The notes under the pieces were generated by a model that saw only the letters and a list, made by a program, of their open reading frames with translations, was not told the DNA's origin and ran no database searches. Positions 28,876 to 40,552 of a DNA stretch of 64,000 bases are shown here, in pieces; position 1 is the first letter of the stretch; every line of letters begins with the position of its first letter. The position numbers were made by a program, and so were the translations under genes. The DNA is from Candidatus Latescibacterota bacterium (GTDB taxonomy: Bacteria > Latescibacterota > UBA2968 > GCA-2709665): the NCBI GenBank assembly GCA_965222075.1, contig OZ244937.1, positions 3,072,001-3,136,000 on the forward strand, written 5' to 3'.

Positions 28876-31800
28876 TCAACCGTCGGCCTGAGCGCCTCTG
28901 TAAGAAACCGCCTCAGACCGGGAAAACACGGCCACAATAATTCGGCGTAGGATCATCCGGAGGTCGTCCAGATACGTATAGAAGAGCGGCACCACAAACA
29001 GGGTGAGGAACGTGGAGCAGAGCAATCCCCCCATCATCGTGCGGCCCAACGGCGCGTAGGGAATGCCGATCAGGTTGCTGTTTCCTATGGACATCGGCAA
29101 CAGCCCGAAGACCGTCGTAAAAGTGGTCATCAGGATCGGCCGGAAGCGGTTGTGCCCGGCCTCCCGGATCGCCTCTGTCCGGTCCATGCCATCGGCCCGC
29201 AGCCGGTTGACCATATCCACCAGTACAATCGCGTTGTTCACCACCACCCCAATCAGCACAATAAGTCCGATAGTGGCCATCATGCCAAACGGTGTATTCG
29301 TCAAAAAAAGGGTCCAGTAGACGCCTAAGAAGGCGAAAGGGATGGAAAAGAGCACCGAAAAGGGCAAAACGAACGACTCGAAGAGCACGCCCATCAGCAG
29401 GAACACACTCACAATCGCCATCGCCAGGGCGAACCCCATCTCGTTGTCCGATTCCTTGAACTTCGCATAACGTTCCCCCTTGTTCCAGGAGTAGCCCCGG
29501 GGCATCGCAAACCCCTCCATAGCCTGGTCGATCTCCCCGTAGAGCCCCTTCAGGTCGTCCTTGGTGGTAAACGCAAACACCCGCAGCCGGGTCTTCCCGT
29601 CTTCCCGCCGGATGGTCCCGCTGCCCTTGGCAACCGTTAAACTCGCAAACTCGGCCAGCGGGATCTCCTCTCCCGATCTGGACCGGAAGCTAAAATTCTT
29701 GAGCTGGTGCAGCGTCTGCCGGTCCACCTTTTCCAGGTAAAGCCGCGTACGGACCTCCCGCTCCCCGGACTGGTATGGGGGCAGGTTGACCCCCCCCAAT
29801 CCGTAGGCGAGGCTGCGCCCCACCAGCTGCGGCGAGATCCCGTACCTCTGCGCCCGCTCCCGGTCGATGCGCACCTGCACCTCGTCGTTCGCCCGCTCTA
29901 AGTCGGTGTCTACGCTGATCACCGACGGGATCGCCCGCAACCGCCGCTCCACCTCTTCGGTCATCCCGGCCAGCACCTCCGTATCGTTTCCGTAGAGGTA
30001 GATCGACACCGACGGATCGCCCGATCCCCTGCCCCGGCTCTGCACACCAACGCGCACCCCCACAAACTTTGGGACATGCTTTTTCAGGTCTTTGATCACC
30101 GCCTTCCGGTCCATCCGAGCGTCAACCGGATAGCCCAGCTTCGCCTGCAGATCCTTGTAGGCCACATACCACCACGCCTCGTCCGGGTTCGCCTTCAAAA
30201 AGATGGTGAACCGCCCGTAAGTCCGCCTGAACCAGAGCCGTATTGTCCGGATGCCGTAGGCCTCCCGTTTGGTGTTCAGAAAGTCCTCCATCTCCATCAA
30301 GACATCGTAGGTTTCCAACATTGAGAAATTCCTTGGCGGATAAACCCGGATGTGGATGTCGTTGATGTTTCCCCGCGCCGAGTCCGTCCGCTTGAGCTTG
30401 CCGGACGGATAAAGGATGGTGGCGAACACCGCCAACACGATCAGAAGGGTGTCCCTCCGGTGCCTCAGCGTCCACCCCAGCGCCTGGCCGTACACCCTCC
30501 GGGCCCACCCGATCGACTTCGGGTCCTGTTTGACCCGATGCCCGCCAAACCGCACCCCGGCCAGCGGGATAAAGAGCAGGGCCACAAACAGCGATCCGAC
30601 CAGCATAATCATCACCGGCACCCCGATCCTGGACAACTGAAACGCCATCCACGCGTTGCGGCCCATCAGCATCAGAGGCAGGAACACCACCACCGTCGTC
30701 AGCGTAGCCATGATAATCGCCAGCGCCACCTCGCTCGCCCCCCGAATCGACGCCTCCCGGGGCGCCTCTCCTTTTTCCCGCATCCGATAGATATTCTCTA
30801 AGATCACAATCGCGTTGTCCACCACCATTCCCACCCCCACCATCAACCCCATCATCGTGACCATATTCAGGGACCAGTCCACAAAGTAAAGCACCATCAT
30901 CGTGATCATAACACACAGCGGGATGGCCAGGGTGATAATCGCCGTCATCCGCACCGTCCGCAGGAAAAACAGCAGCACCATCGCCGCGAAGAACCCGCCC
31001 CACAGCGCCGTATTCTGCAGATTCCGGATCGATTGCCGGATGAACTGCCCATCGTTGAAAAAGACGTTGAACGCCAGCCCGGCCGTAGCCGGCTGTGCCT
31101 CGATCCGCTCCAGCGCCTCCACCACCCGGTCGCAGATCGCCACGATGTTGCCCCCGGACTCCCGCTTGACCTCAAGCGACGCCGCCATCCGCCCGTCGAT
31201 CCGCTGGTACCCCCAGCGCGCCGGCGACACATCGTAGACCACGTCGGCGACCTCCTTCAGCCGCACCTGGCCGTTGCGGCCGCGGATTGGAATGTTCCCG
31301 ATCTCTTCCAGGGTGCGGTACTTCGCCACGGACCTCACGTAGAACCGCTTCCCGTCCTCGTGCACGTACCCCCCGGCAATCGCAAAGTTGTCCGACCGCA
31401 GCGCCTGCACCAGTTCATAGGTGTTTACGCCCCGTGAGCGCAGCCGCTCCTGATCGACTTCGACCATCACCTCCTTCTCGTTAACGCCCCAGAAGTCGAC
31501 TTTGGCCACCCCGTCGATCCGCTCTAAGGGACGCTGCACGTGGGTCTCTAAGAAACGGTACGGGTCCACAATAGAAGAATCGATCGCCACCCCGACCCAC
31601 ATAATCTCCGCGTCCCCCTCCTCATTGCGCTTCCAGACAAAGGTCTTGTCCCGGGCCTCCTCCGGCAGCTGCGGCTTGAGCCGCTCCAGCCGGTCCATGA
31701 CCTGGTTGTAGGCCAGCTCCATATCCGCATCTTGCCGAAACCGCAACGGCGCGCCAACGCCCCAGGTGCCGCTGTACGTCCGGATTTGCTCGATCCCCTT

Positions 31801-32040
31801 TACCGTCCGGAGGGTCTCCTCCAGGGGCCGAGCAATCTGCTGCTCCACCTCCTGAGGCGTGGCCCCCGGATACCCGATGCGCATCCAGAGAAATCGGGGC
31901 ATAAACCCGGACGGGAAGAGCTGTACCGAAATGCGGGTATAGGCCATCGCGCCCACCACCAGCAGGGCCACCAGACACATCGTCACCGTCACCGGACGGG
32001 TCACAGACAGGCGCGGCAAAAGAGACGGCTTCTCTTCCAT
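28876..32040 (-). CDS. RND efflux permease (AcrB/MdtC family)
   Basis: RPVTV, YPGA.PQEVE, GMVVDNAIV..ENI, GVVVNNAIVLVD, RFRPILMT. Confidence 0.92.
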   Translation of the reverse strand: MEEKPSLLPRLSVTRPVTVTMCLVALLVVGAMAYTRISVQLFPSGFMPRFLWMRIGYPGATPQEVEQQIARPLEETLRTVKGIEQIRTYSGTWGVGAPLRFRQDADMELAYNQVMDRLERLKPQLPEEARDKTFVWKRNEEGDAEIMWVGVAIDSSIVDPYRFLETHVQRPLERIDGVAKVDFWGVNEKEVMVEVDQERLRSRGVNTYELVQALRSDNFAIAGGYVHEDGKRFYVRSVAKYRTLEEIGNIPIRGRNGQVRLKEVADVVYDVSPARWGYQRIDGRMAASLEVKRESGGNIVAICDRVVEALERIEAQPATAGLAFNVFFNDGQFIRQSIRNLQNTALWGGFFAAMVLLFFLRTVRMTAIITLAIPLCVMITMMVLYFVDWSLNMVTMMGLMVGVGMVVDNAIVILENIYRMREKGEAPREASIRGASEVALAIIMATLTTVVVFLPLMLMGRNAWMAFQLSRIGVPVMIMLVGSLFVALLFIPLAGVRFGGHRVKQDPKSIGWARRVYGQALGWTLRHRRDTLLIVLAVFATILYPSGKLKRTDSARGNINDIHIRVYPPRNFSMLETYDVLMEMEDFLNTKREAYGIRTIRLWFRRTYGRFTIFLKANPDEAWWYVAYKDLQAKLGYPVDARMDRKAVIKDLKKHVPKFVGVRVGVQSRGRGSGDPSVSIYLYGNDTEVLAGMTEEVERRLRAIPSVISVDTDLERANDEVQVRIDRERAQRYGISPQLVGRSLAYGLGGVNLPPYQSGEREVRTRLYLEKVDRQTLHQLKNFSFRSRSGEEIPLAEFASLTVAKGSGTIRREDGKTRLRVFAFTTKDDLKGLYGEIDQAMEGFAMPRGYSWNKGERYAKFKESDNEMGFALAMAIVSVFLLMGVLFESFVLPFSVLFSIPFAFLGVYWTLFLTNTPFGMMATIGLIVLIGVVVNNAIVLVDMVNRLRADGMDRTEAIREAGHNRFRPILMTTFTTVFGLLPMSIGNSNLIGIPYAPLGRTMMGGLLCSTFLTLFVVPLFYTYLDDLRMILRRIIVAVFSRSEAVSYRGAQADG

Positions 32041-32123
32041 TCATCCTTCCTTTCCAGTTCCTCATCGGTCTGTTTTAAATTCAGACGCATGAGATCCTGG
32101 ATAAGATGCATCGGTGGTTGCTT

Positions 32124-33806
32124 TCACCTGTCAAAGTACGGATGCTTCGCCACCGGCGGATGGGGGACCTCGCCCCTCGGCTTCTGAAGGGTCACATCCT
32201 CAAAGAGCAACGACGGCACAACAAAAGAAACAACGCCACTGTGTATCCCCGAGGCGCTTCGTGCCCTGAACGGCGCGGTGTAGACCGTCTGATTCTTAGA
32301 CGCGGCCACGATCTCTTTGAATGTCGACTCGGTGATATCCGACAGCCCCGCATTCCGGATCAGCTCCTCGCGCCCGTCCGGGAAGACCTTGTAAGCAAGG
32401 ATAAGGTTCCCCACCCGTGCTCCTCTCCGGCTGAGGCCGCGCACCCTCAAGGCCGGGTTGCCGATGCGCCGTACGACGATTCCATACTTCTTCTTACGCT
32501 TCTTGACCAGTTTGAGGAACGCCTTCACCATCTTCTTGTCGCTGTATCCTTTTTTTGCGGTCACAAAAAGATTGCTCGGCACGGCGTTCGGCCCGCGCCG
32601 GCTCCCCGTGCTCTTCACAATCCCGGAGACCGGGTTACGCGTTGTAAGCAACGTGTTCAGTATCCCGTTCTCTACAAGCGCCGTCCTGCGCGCACGCACG
32701 CCTTCATCGTCCACCCTGGCCCCTCCGACAAGCCGGCTCTTTTTGTACTCGCTCACTGTGGGTGCGTCCACAACGCTTAGAAACTCCGGCAGCACCCGTG
32801 CGCCGATCTTGTCTAAGAAGGGATTCCTGCCCTGCGAGGGGCCCCGGCCGCCCCCCGAGATCGGTGCGCGCGAAGCCAGCAGCCTCGGCGCAAAAATCCG
32901 GCCAAACAGCGCCGCTGCCGCCTGCCTCTCGAAAAGCACCGGGCCGTTGTACGAATCCACAACCGGCGCAGCCCGGAGGCTGGCCAGCCGCGCCCCCATC
33001 TCCTCAATACGGGCCCTGAGCGCCTCCCTGTTGGGAAGGTCGTCCATCGAGCGCCCGTAGGCCGCCACGAAGTCCTCCAGCGGCATCCCATCCGGCGCCT
33101 GTGTGCCCGCAAGCGCTGTGAAAGTGACAGAAGGCCTGATGCGGGTAAAGGATGTGCCCTCACTATTCAGATAGCGGGTATGGACGTTATCCACACTCAA
33201 ACGAACCGTAGACGTAAAAACATCCGGCATCTCTTTGAAAAGCGCAGAAAGGTCGCGCACCAGCGCCTCCGCTTCGGCTATGTCCACCTCCACGGGCGCA
33301 GCCTCGTCGGTAATCGACGTGGGGGCCTCCCGGCTGAAGTCGGAGATCTCCTCGATGCGCGTCCGGTGCTGTAACTCGGCCTGTTTCCTGGACAGGTCTT
33401 CCACCGCCTGTTTGTACGCGCCGTCGGTGGCCAGCCAGATCTGTCTCCTCAGCTCCTTGTAGTCATCGTCCAAAGGAAGCCGGGCCCTTCCTCCAAATCT
33501 CCTGACACGGAAGTTGGTATTGTCAAAGTCGTAGTCTCCCACCCGCACCTCCACATTCAGGGAACGCCCCCTGCCTTTGCTGCTGCCCAGCAGCGAACCG
33601 AAACTGGCCGACGCGCTTGCGCCCCAGCTCTCCTCCACGCGGTAGGCCATAAAATAGGGCCTCTCCAGCTGCTCGAGCTGGAGTTTGTCCATCGAACGCG
33701 CAAGCTCGTCGCGCATCGCCTTCATCACGACATCCTCTTCGGCGTATACGTATATCGACGTAAAAAGGGCCAGAACGCCCATCAAAGCACAAATCGCGGA
33801 TCGCAT
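32124..33806 (-). CDS. TldE/PmbA-like subunit with signal peptide
   Basis: VRVGDYDFDN, YNGPVLF, DDEGV, PSNL motifs; no HExxH. Confidence 0.75.
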   Translation of the reverse strand: MRSAICALMGVLALFTSIYVYAEEDVVMKAMRDELARSMDKLQLEQLERPYFMAYRVEESWGASASASFGSLLGSSKGRGRSLNVEVRVGDYDFDNTNFRVRRFGGRARLPLDDDYKELRRQIWLATDGAYKQAVEDLSRKQAELQHRTRIEEISDFSREAPTSITDEAAPVEVDIAEAEALVRDLSALFKEMPDVFTSTVRLSVDNVHTRYLNSEGTSFTRIRPSVTFTALAGTQAPDGMPLEDFVAAYGRSMDDLPNREALRARIEEMGARLASLRAAPVVDSYNGPVLFERQAAAALFGRIFAPRLLASRAPISGGGRGPSQGRNPFLDKIGARVLPEFLSVVDAPTVSEYKKSRLVGGARVDDEGVRARRTALVENGILNTLLTTRNPVSGIVKSTGSRRGPNAVPSNLFVTAKKGYSDKKMVKAFLKLVKKRKKKYGIVVRRIGNPALRVRGLSRRGARVGNLILAYKVFPDGREELIRNAGLSDITESTFKEIVAASKNQTVYTAPFRARSASGIHSGVVSFVVPSLLFEDVTLQKPRGEVPHPPVAKHPYFDR

Positions 33807-33828
33807 CACATCTCTCTTCATCCCGGGG

Positions 33829-35523
33829 TTATTGTTGATCCTCAAAGGGCGGGGGAAGCACCGGCGGCCGCGCCTGGGACTTCTCCTTCTTCTGCACCTC
33901 GATCTGAGAGATGAGAATACCGGGCGACACCGCCGAAACCGGGACACCCCCCGATTCCGCGCCGCAGATCCCGTTGAAAACCTCGGCCTCATTGTCTGCC
34001 GTAGCAATCTGACTGAAGGCAGTAAGAGGCGTCCCAATCAGGTCCACGCCGCGCACCAGTTCCTCCTGCCCATCGGGGGTGATGCGATAGACCATGATCG
34101 GCAGCACATTGAAGGCGTTTGGAATCGTTCGCCCTGTAATCGTGAACCCCCCCTGGATGTCTTCAAAGAGAAGCCCGAACGGCTTGTTCTCACGCTTCAA
34201 CTGCGCAGTGAGCATCTCCTTCAGGTCCGCCCGCGACACCGATTCAGACACCTCCACAACCAGGTTCGACTGGCGCGCCACCGGCGCATACCCCGGCTGT
34301 CTTCGGCCGTGGCCGTTCGAGTTGGGGAATCCCTCGATGGGTGACCGGGACATCAAAAAGCGTTTGAACACGCCCGCCTCGATCACATCCACCCGCCTCG
34401 CCTTGACCCCCTGGTTGTCGTACCGGTATGCCCCAACCAGATCCGTCGTACCCAACCGATCCAGGGTCGGATCGAAAGAGACCGAAAAGGCCTCGGGCAG
34501 GACCTTCTCGTTCACCTTTTTCTTGAACGTCTGCCCCTCTTCCTCGCTCTTCTGCCGGTGCCCCTCGATGCGGTGTCCGAAGACCTCGTGGAAAAAGACC
34601 CCGCTGGCCCTGCCCGAAAGAATCGCCGGCCCGGTGGAGGGCTCAACAATCGGCGCGCTGCGGAGGGCCTGCAGGTCCCCAATCATCCGCTCCACCGCCT
34701 CAAGCACCGCCTCATCCCCTGGAAGGCCTTCGGGTGTTAAAGCAAAAAACGACTCGTAGCGCGGAAGCTCCATACCGTCATCCGCCTTTGTGATGGCGGA
34801 GAGGATGAGGCGATAGTGCGTTTGCGACGTCTGGATCTCCGCCCCTTCACTGTCCACAAACCACCGCATCTCCGCCGTCGCGCTGATCGATGCGCTGGCA
34901 TGGTAGATATCGCCGTACCCGGCAAAAGGCGTCGTGTACTTCCTGACCTTCTCCTCCCACGCACCGCGGTCCACGGCGATCTGCAGGGGCGCCTCCACGT
35001 AGGTTTCGGGCGCCTCCCGGGAAAAATCGTCCGACCGGTCTTCCTGCTCAACGGTCACCTGCACATTGGTCTTCACCCGGGTCAGCTGCTCCACCGCGCG
35101 CTTGTATCTCTGGTCGGTGTGAAACCAGAGGACGCCCCGGATCGCGTCGGAATCGTCACCTAAGGGAATCTGAACAAAGGCGTACCGCCTGCCAAAGCGG
35201 CGAGACCGGCCGCGCACGGGATGGGTATTGTCCATGGCATAGGCGCCCACCCTTATGTCGATGTCCAGCTGGCGGCGGCGGTTCTCACCGCTGTAGATGA
35301 GCGTGCCAAAAGACCCGGAAGCCCCCGCCGAGTGAAGTTCCGTGACTTCATAGCTGAGATAATAGGGCGGCGTCGGCTGCTCTCCCAGAACCCCGAGCGA
35401 CCGGGAGAGCTCCTGCTTCATCGCCTGGAGCACCGGCGAACGGTCTGCATCCTGCGCCCTCGCAGCGCCGACCGGGGCGACAAGCAGGGCTGTGCAGATC
35501 CCGAATACACGATATAATCGCAT
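33829..35523 (-). CDS. TldD-family metalloprotease with signal peptide
   Basis: FFHEVFGHRIEG, SNGHGR, RQSNL and CGAESG motifs; ARA-QD cleavage site. Confidence 0.85.
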   Translation of the reverse strand: MRLYRVFGICTALLVAPVGAARAQDADRSPVLQAMKQELSRSLGVLGEQPTPPYYLSYEVTELHSAGASGSFGTLIYSGENRRRQLDIDIRVGAYAMDNTHPVRGRSRRFGRRYAFVQIPLGDDSDAIRGVLWFHTDQRYKRAVEQLTRVKTNVQVTVEQEDRSDDFSREAPETYVEAPLQIAVDRGAWEEKVRKYTTPFAGYGDIYHASASISATAEMRWFVDSEGAEIQTSQTHYRLILSAITKADDGMELPRYESFFALTPEGLPGDEAVLEAVERMIGDLQALRSAPIVEPSTGPAILSGRASGVFFHEVFGHRIEGHRQKSEEEGQTFKKKVNEKVLPEAFSVSFDPTLDRLGTTDLVGAYRYDNQGVKARRVDVIEAGVFKRFLMSRSPIEGFPNSNGHGRRQPGYAPVARQSNLVVEVSESVSRADLKEMLTAQLKRENKPFGLLFEDIQGGFTITGRTIPNAFNVLPIMVYRITPDGQEELVRGVDLIGTPLTAFSQIATADNEAEVFNGICGAESGGVPVSAVSPGILISQIEVQKKEKSQARPPVLPPPFEDQQ

Positions 35524-35843
35524 CAAACATCCTCCATCGCTTAGCCCGAACAATCAACACAGTGGAATTGAAGAAATATACGACATGGCAACCCTTCTCC
35601 AAAGGGAATTTTTGTGCCCACCTTCTTGCCTGCGCGCAGCGCGCAAGCAGGTCCCCCGGCCCCTACCTGCCGCATCCACAGGATGCCCCGTAATTTTTAG
35701 TTGACCTTCTGAAATTCCCAAACTATGTTATGGGGTCAACACCCAGGCGCACAGACGCGCCAGGGCGCCCGATAGAGACCCCGAAAGCCGCGAAAGGCCT
35801 ACGAATACGACGCCCTCTGCACGCAAAGGCCAAAAGACGACAG

Positions 35844-38306
35844 ATGTCCGAAACCGCTGAAAAGCCCAAAACCGTCCGCCTCAGCCTCCCCATCTCCGGC
35901 ATGTCCTGCGCCGCATGCGCCTCCCGCATCGAAAAGGGCCTGCAGGAGGTCCCCGGCGTGGCCGAGGCAGTCGTCAACTTCGGCGTGGAGCAGGCCACAG
36001 TCGCCTACGATCCGAAGCGGGTCGGCGTCGAACAGCTCGCCGAAAAGATCGGCGTCCTCGGCTACGATGTCCGGGGGGATGAGGTCACCCTCTCGGTGAA
36101 AGGCATGTCCTGCGCCGCATGCGTCTCCCGTGTGGAATATGCCCTAAGAGCGATCCCCGGCGTCATCAAGGCGAATGTTAACTTTGCCACCCACCAGGCA
36201 ACCGTCCGCTACCTCAACATCGACGTGGACGCCCTGAAGCAGTCCGTGGCCGACGCCGGCTATGAGGCATCGATGGTTGAGGAAGAGCAGGTATCGGAAG
36301 ATCGGGAACGGGCCGACCGCCGGGCCGAATACCGGGCCGTTCGCCTCCGCTTCGTCGTGGGCGGCGTCCTCTCTGCCCTCATCATGGGTGTCGGCATGGT
36401 CCATACCCTCCTGGGCGTTGACCTCCCCACGCGGGAGATCCACCTCCTCCTCTTCCTGCTTGCAACCCCCGTCCAGTTCTGGTGCGGATGGCGGTTCCTG
36501 AAAGGCTTCCAGACCGCGCTTTGGCATGCCACGGCCGACATGAACAGCCTCATCGCCGTGGGCACCCTCGCCGCCTACGGCTACAGCACAGCCCTCACCT
36601 TTGCGCCCCGCGCCGTTGCCGAAGTCGGCCAGGCCCTGCACGTCTACTTCGACACCTCGGCCATGATAATCACCCTCATTCTCCTTGGCCGGATGCTGGA
36701 GGCCAGGGCTAAGGGGCGCACCTCCGACGCCATCCGCAAACTGATGGACCTCCGCCCCCAGACCGCCCGCCTCATCCGGGATGACCAGACCCTTGTGGTC
36801 CCCGTTGAAGAAGTCGCCGTGGGAGACCTCCTCCGCGTCCGCCCGGGAGAAAAAATTCCCGTGGACGGCGCCCTCTACCAGGGCCGTTCCACAGTGGACG
36901 AATCGATGGTCACCGGCGAGAGCATCCCCGTGAAAAAAGGCCCCAACAGCCAGGTCACCGGCGGCACCCTTAACAAAACCGGAACCTTCACCTTTCGGGC
37001 CACCCAGGTCGGGTCGGAAACCGTCCTGGCCCGCATCGTCCAGATGGTCCGGCAGGCCCAGGGGTCCCGTGCCCCCATCCAGCGCCTCGCCGACCGGGTT
37101 GCGGGCATCTTCGTGCCCATCGTCTTCGGCATCGCCCTCCTCACCTTCCTTCTCTGGTACACCCTCGGCCCGCAGCCCCCGCTTGCTGCGGGCCTCCTCA
37201 ACGCCGTCGCCGTCCTCATCATCGCCTGCCCCTGCGCAATGGGCCTGGCCACCCCCACCGCCATCATGGTCGGCACCGGCCGGGGCGCCGAATTCGGCGT
37301 CCTCATTAAAGGGGGCGACGTCCTGGAAACCGCCTGCCGGCTCGACACGGTCGTCTTAGACAAAACCGGCACCCTCACCACCGGCGCGCCCGCCGTCACC
37401 GACCTCATCCCCGCCGACGGCTTCAGCGAAAAGGACCTGCTTGTGCTGGCCGCCTCGGCCGAACAGGCCTCGGAGCACCCCCTCGGTGAGGCCATCCTCA
37501 AAGCGGCGGGCGAACAAAACCTCTCCCTGCGGGAGGCGCAGGCATTCGAAGCCTTCCCCGGAGAGGGCATCGCCGCAGAAATCGCAGGGGTCACCCTACT
37601 CCTGGGCAACCGGCGGCTGATGGAAAATCAGGAAGTTCTTCTGGACGGATGGGCAGGACAGGCAAAGCGGCTTGAAAGAGAAGGAAAAACCACCGTATTC
37701 ATCGCAGCCGACGGCCGGCCGGCGGGGCTTATCGGCATCGCCGACACCCTCAAGCCGGGGGCCGCAGACGCAGTGGCCGACCTCCACGGCCTGGGCCTGA
37801 AAGTCGCCCTGGTCACCGGCGACAACGCCCGAACCGCAGAGGCGGTCGCCCGGATCGTCGGCATCGACCGGGTGCTGTCCGAAGTCATGCCGGAAGGGAA
37901 AGCCGACCGGATCGCGGAGCTTCAGGCCGGGCGAAAAGGGGTCGGCATGGTAGGCGATGGCATCAACGACGCCCCCGCCTTAGCCCGGGCCGACGTCGGC
38001 ATCGCCATCGGCACCGGCGCAGACATCGCCAAAGAAAGCGCAGACATCACCCTCATCTCCGGAGATCTGAGCGGCATCGGCGCGGCGGTGCGGCTCTCTA
38101 AGAAGACCATGCGAGTCATTCGCCAGAACCTCTTCTGGGCATTTGCCTACAACACCCTCCTCATCCCCATCGCCGCTGTGGGCCTTCTCAACCCCCTTGG
38201 CGGCCCCATGCTCGCAGCGGCGGCCATGGCCTTCAGCTCCGTCTCCGTCCTCTCCAACTCCCTCCGGCTGCGGCGGTTCGATCCAACTCAGCGCCGGTTC
38301 GCATAA
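35844..38306 (+). CDS. copA: Copper-translocating P1B-type ATPase
   Basis: Two GMSCAAC domains, [26 protein letters not shown] and MAFSS. Confidence 0.92.
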   Translation: MSETAEKPKTVRLSLPISGMSCAACASRIEKGLQEVPGVAEAVVNFGVEQATVAYDPKRVGVEQLAEKIGVLGYDVRGDEVTLSVKGMSCAACVSRVEYALRAIPGVIKANVNFATHQATVRYLNIDVDALKQSVADAGYEASMVEEEQVSEDRERADRRAEYRAVRLRFVVGGVLSALIMGVGMVHTLLGVDLPTREIHLLLFLLATPVQFWCGWRFLKGFQTALWHATADMNSLIAVGTLAAYGYSTALTFAPRAVAEVGQALHVYFDTSAMIITLILLGRMLEARAKGRTSDAIRKLMDLRPQTARLIRDDQTLVVPVEEVAVGDLLRVRPGEKIPVDGALYQGRSTVDESMVTGESIPVKKGPNSQVTGGTLNKTGTFTFRATQVGSETVLARIVQMVRQAQGSRAPIQRLADRVAGIFVPIVFGIALLTFLLWYTLGPQPPLAAGLLNAVAVLIIACPCAMGLATPTAIMVGTGRGAEFGVLIKGGDVLETACRLDTVVLDKTGTLTTGAPAVTDLIPADGFSEKDLLVLAASAEQASEHPLGEAILKAAGEQNLSLREAQAFEAFPGEGIAAEIAGVTLLLGNRRLMENQEVLLDGWAGQAKRLEREGKTTVFIAADGRPAGLIGIADTLKPGAADAVADLHGLGLKVALVTGDNARTAEAVARIVGIDRVLSEVMPEGKADRIAELQAGRKGVGMVGDGINDAPALARADVGIAIGTGADIAKESADITLISGDLSGIGAAVRLSKKTMRVIRQNLFWAFAYNTLLIPIAAVGLLNPLGGPMLAAAAMAFSSVSVLSNSLRLRRFDPTQRRFA

Positions 38307-39409
38307 TTCAAAATCCCCTTCACAATCCGTTCGGCGCTCCGCTGCCGGTTCTTGTGAAACCGCAGCCTGTAGGCCTCGCCCCTGTCGTGCATATTGTGGA
38401 CCTCAACCAAGATCTCGGCATACGCCCGGTTGTTCCGGAGCACCCCCAAGTTGCGCCCCATGATCTGTGCGGGGAGATCGGGATGGTGCAGGGCCTTCTG
38501 CATCACCTGCGCGAACTTTCGGGAACGTTTATCGACCTTCCCCCTCCGGTTCAAATAGATCGCCAGCGGTCCCTTGGGCCGCCCCGGGCTGTTGTCTGCA
38601 TGCAGCGAAACAAAAAGGCTCTTCCCCTTCCGGGCGCCCTTGAAATGCCGGTTGGCAATCCTGACCCGTTGTAAGAGATTGTTCCCGCCGGGACGGACGG
38701 AGCCCGAACGCCTCTGGTTCCTCTTCGCGTCGTTGTAAACCTCGTTCTGCTCGTGCACGAAGGTCACGCTCGCCCGGAAGTTGTCGCGTATGAGGTGGTT
38801 GGGGCTGATCACCGTCAGCTCCACCTCCGCGCCCTTCAGCCGCAGAAGTTCGTATACCCGCAGCGCAATATCGTAGACATACTCGTCCTCAACCACGTAG
38901 ACCGAACGCTCCACCCCGTCCTTATTCGATACAATCGCCCCCGGATCGATGCCCCCATGCCCGGGATCAACCACCACCTTCCAGCCCTTCAGCGGCAGCC
39001 GCCTGCCCCGGTTTTGGGCCAGCCTGGCACGGATCTCTGCGTCGAACGCCTGCAATAGCGCACGGGCGTTCTGGTAATCCTTGATCGGTCGAAACCGGGA
39101 AGGCTCGATATACTTCCGGCTCTGCTGTGCAGCCACCCTCGGTTTATAAAAATAATAAGGACCGTTCTCGGCCTTTATCTCCTTGAGCCTGGGCCCCAAA
39201 CGCAGCACCTGTCCCGGATAGACCCGGTCGCTCCGGAGCCGGTTGAGCCGCTTGATCTCCTTTACGCTCACCTGGAACAGGCGGGCAATCGACCAGAGGG
39301 AATCCCCCTTCCGGACCTCGTACGTCAGAGAAAGCCCAAGCGGCTCCCCCAGGGTAAACAGGACCAGAAAAAGCCCGACACAGACCTGGAAAATGCGGTG
39401 TAAGGTCAT
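38288..39409 (-). CDS. LysM-domain N-acetylmuramoyl-L-alanine amidase
   Basis: [13 protein letters not shown] LysM; [17 protein letters not shown] and ILVE motifs; start approximate. Confidence 0.85.
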   Translation of the reverse strand: MTLHRIFQVCVGLFLVLFTLGEPLGLSLTYEVRKGDSLWSIARLFQVSVKEIKRLNRLRSDRVYPGQVLRLGPRLKEIKAENGPYYFYKPRVAAQQSRKYIEPSRFRPIKDYQNARALLQAFDAEIRARLAQNRGRRLPLKGWKVVVDPGHGGIDPGAIVSNKDGVERSVYVVEDEYVYDIALRVYELLRLKGAEVELTVISPNHLIRDNFRASVTFVHEQNEVYNDAKRNQRRSGSVRPGGNNLLQRVRIANRHFKGARKGKSLFVSLHADNSPGRPKGPLAIYLNRRGKVDKRSRKFAQVMQKALHHPDLPAQIMGRNLGVLRNNRAYAEILVEVHNMHDRGEAYRLRFHKNRQRSAERIVKGILNYANRR

Positions 39410-39664
39410 AGATTTAAAAACTGAAGGAGGATAAATTTTGGGGGGATTTGGCCTTGTGGTTGACCACAGCCGCGGAACCCCGGGTACAAACGGTGCAGCA
39501 CCCGAACGCATGATGCCTCTGAGTTCGCAGTCGTGGCCAATCGTCTTCAGGCGGCACCGAAGGGGCACGGTGCAAAGCCGGAAAAGACCCTTGAACATGC
39601 CAAAACATAGGGACTTTGGGGGAAAAAGGCAAGAGAAAGCGGCCAGACCGTATCCTGAACCGGT

Positions 39665-39701
39665 TGGTCCTTTTCACCGCTCAAGTTGGTGTTTTCCACC
39701 A
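39665..39701. promoter_or_regulatory. Paired enhancer (UAS) sites for a PspF-like activator
   Basis: TGGTCCTTTTCACCG and TGGTGTTTTCCACCA, starts 22 bp apart, about 100-135 bp upstream of the -24 box. Confidence 0.6.
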
Positions 39702-39800
39702 ACTCTCTCATTTAAACGAGCTTGAACGAGCCCAATTTTCTTCTACATAAGTCTTATAAGAACAATTTCTTATATAAATATCTCCTGTTCATCAAAAACC

Positions 39801-39816
39801 CGGCACGCCCCTTGCA
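39801..39816 (+). promoter_or_regulatory. Sigma54 -24/-12 promoter of the pspA operon
   Basis: CGGCACGCCCCTTGCA with GG-N10-GC spacing, preceded by an AT-rich tract. Confidence 0.8.
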
Positions 39817-39874
39817 GAGAAGACGGCTGGAAGCTGCCGTTTCACGTTTCACAAAAAAGAGAGGAGCCACACCG

Positions 39875-40552
39875 ATGGCCAAAGGAATCTTTTCAAGAAT
39901 GGCGGACATCATCAAAGCCAACATCAACGACCTCCTGAATCGGGCGGAAGACCCGGAAAAGATGATCCGCCAGATGATCCTCGAAATGGAGGAGGCCGTC
40001 AACAAGGCGACCGCGTCCGTCGGCACCGCCGTGGCCAACGAGAAGCGGCTGGAGCGCCAGTGCCTCGAGAAAAAGGACCAGATCAAGGCCTGGCAGAAAA
40101 AGGCCGAACTCGCCGTCCAGGACGGAGAAGACGACCTGGCCCGGCGGGCGCTGGAACGGAAAGCGGCCCTGGAAGAGGCCGCCAAAGACTTGAGCGCCGC
40201 CCTCGACGAAAGCCAGCGGACCTCCAAACAGCTCAAACAGCAGCTCATGCAGCTCAAGGCCAAACTGGACGAAGCCCGCACCCGCCAGGGCGCCCTCATC
40301 GCCCGGCGCAAAGCCGCAGAAGCCCGCAAGCAGATCGCCAAAGGCCTCTCCGGCGTGGGTGACGATGCCTTCTCCAGCTTCGAGCGGTTCCGCCAGCGGG
40401 TTGAAACCGAAGAGGCCGAAGCCGAAGCCCACCAGGAAATCGCCGGTTCCGAGCCTTCGCTGGAAGACGCCTTCACCAAACTCGAACGGAAGAGCACGGT
40501 GGAAGAGGAACTTGAAGTCCTCAAGAAAAAACTGGGCCGGACCGATGCGTGA
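39875..40552 (+). CDS. pspA: PspA/IM30 family protein
   Basis: GIFSRMADIIKANINDLL..AEDPEKMIRQ, W..KAELA...GEDDLAR.AL; GAGGAG RBS. Confidence 0.95.
   Translation: MAKGIFSRMADIIKANINDLLNRAEDPEKMIRQMILEMEEAVNKATASVGTAVANEKRLERQCLEKKDQIKAWQKKAELAVQDGEDDLARRALERKAALEEAAKDLSAALDESQRTSKQLKQQLMQLKAKLDEARTRQGALIARRKAAEARKQIAKGLSGVGDDAFSSFERFRQRVETEEAEAEAHQEIAGSEPSLEDAFTKLERKSTVEEELEVLKKKLGRTDA

Noticed and set aside
35897-36130. Identical ggcatgtcctgcgccgcatgcg repeats
   Set aside because: They encode the two GMSCAAC metal-binding motifs of CopA; ordinary domain duplication.
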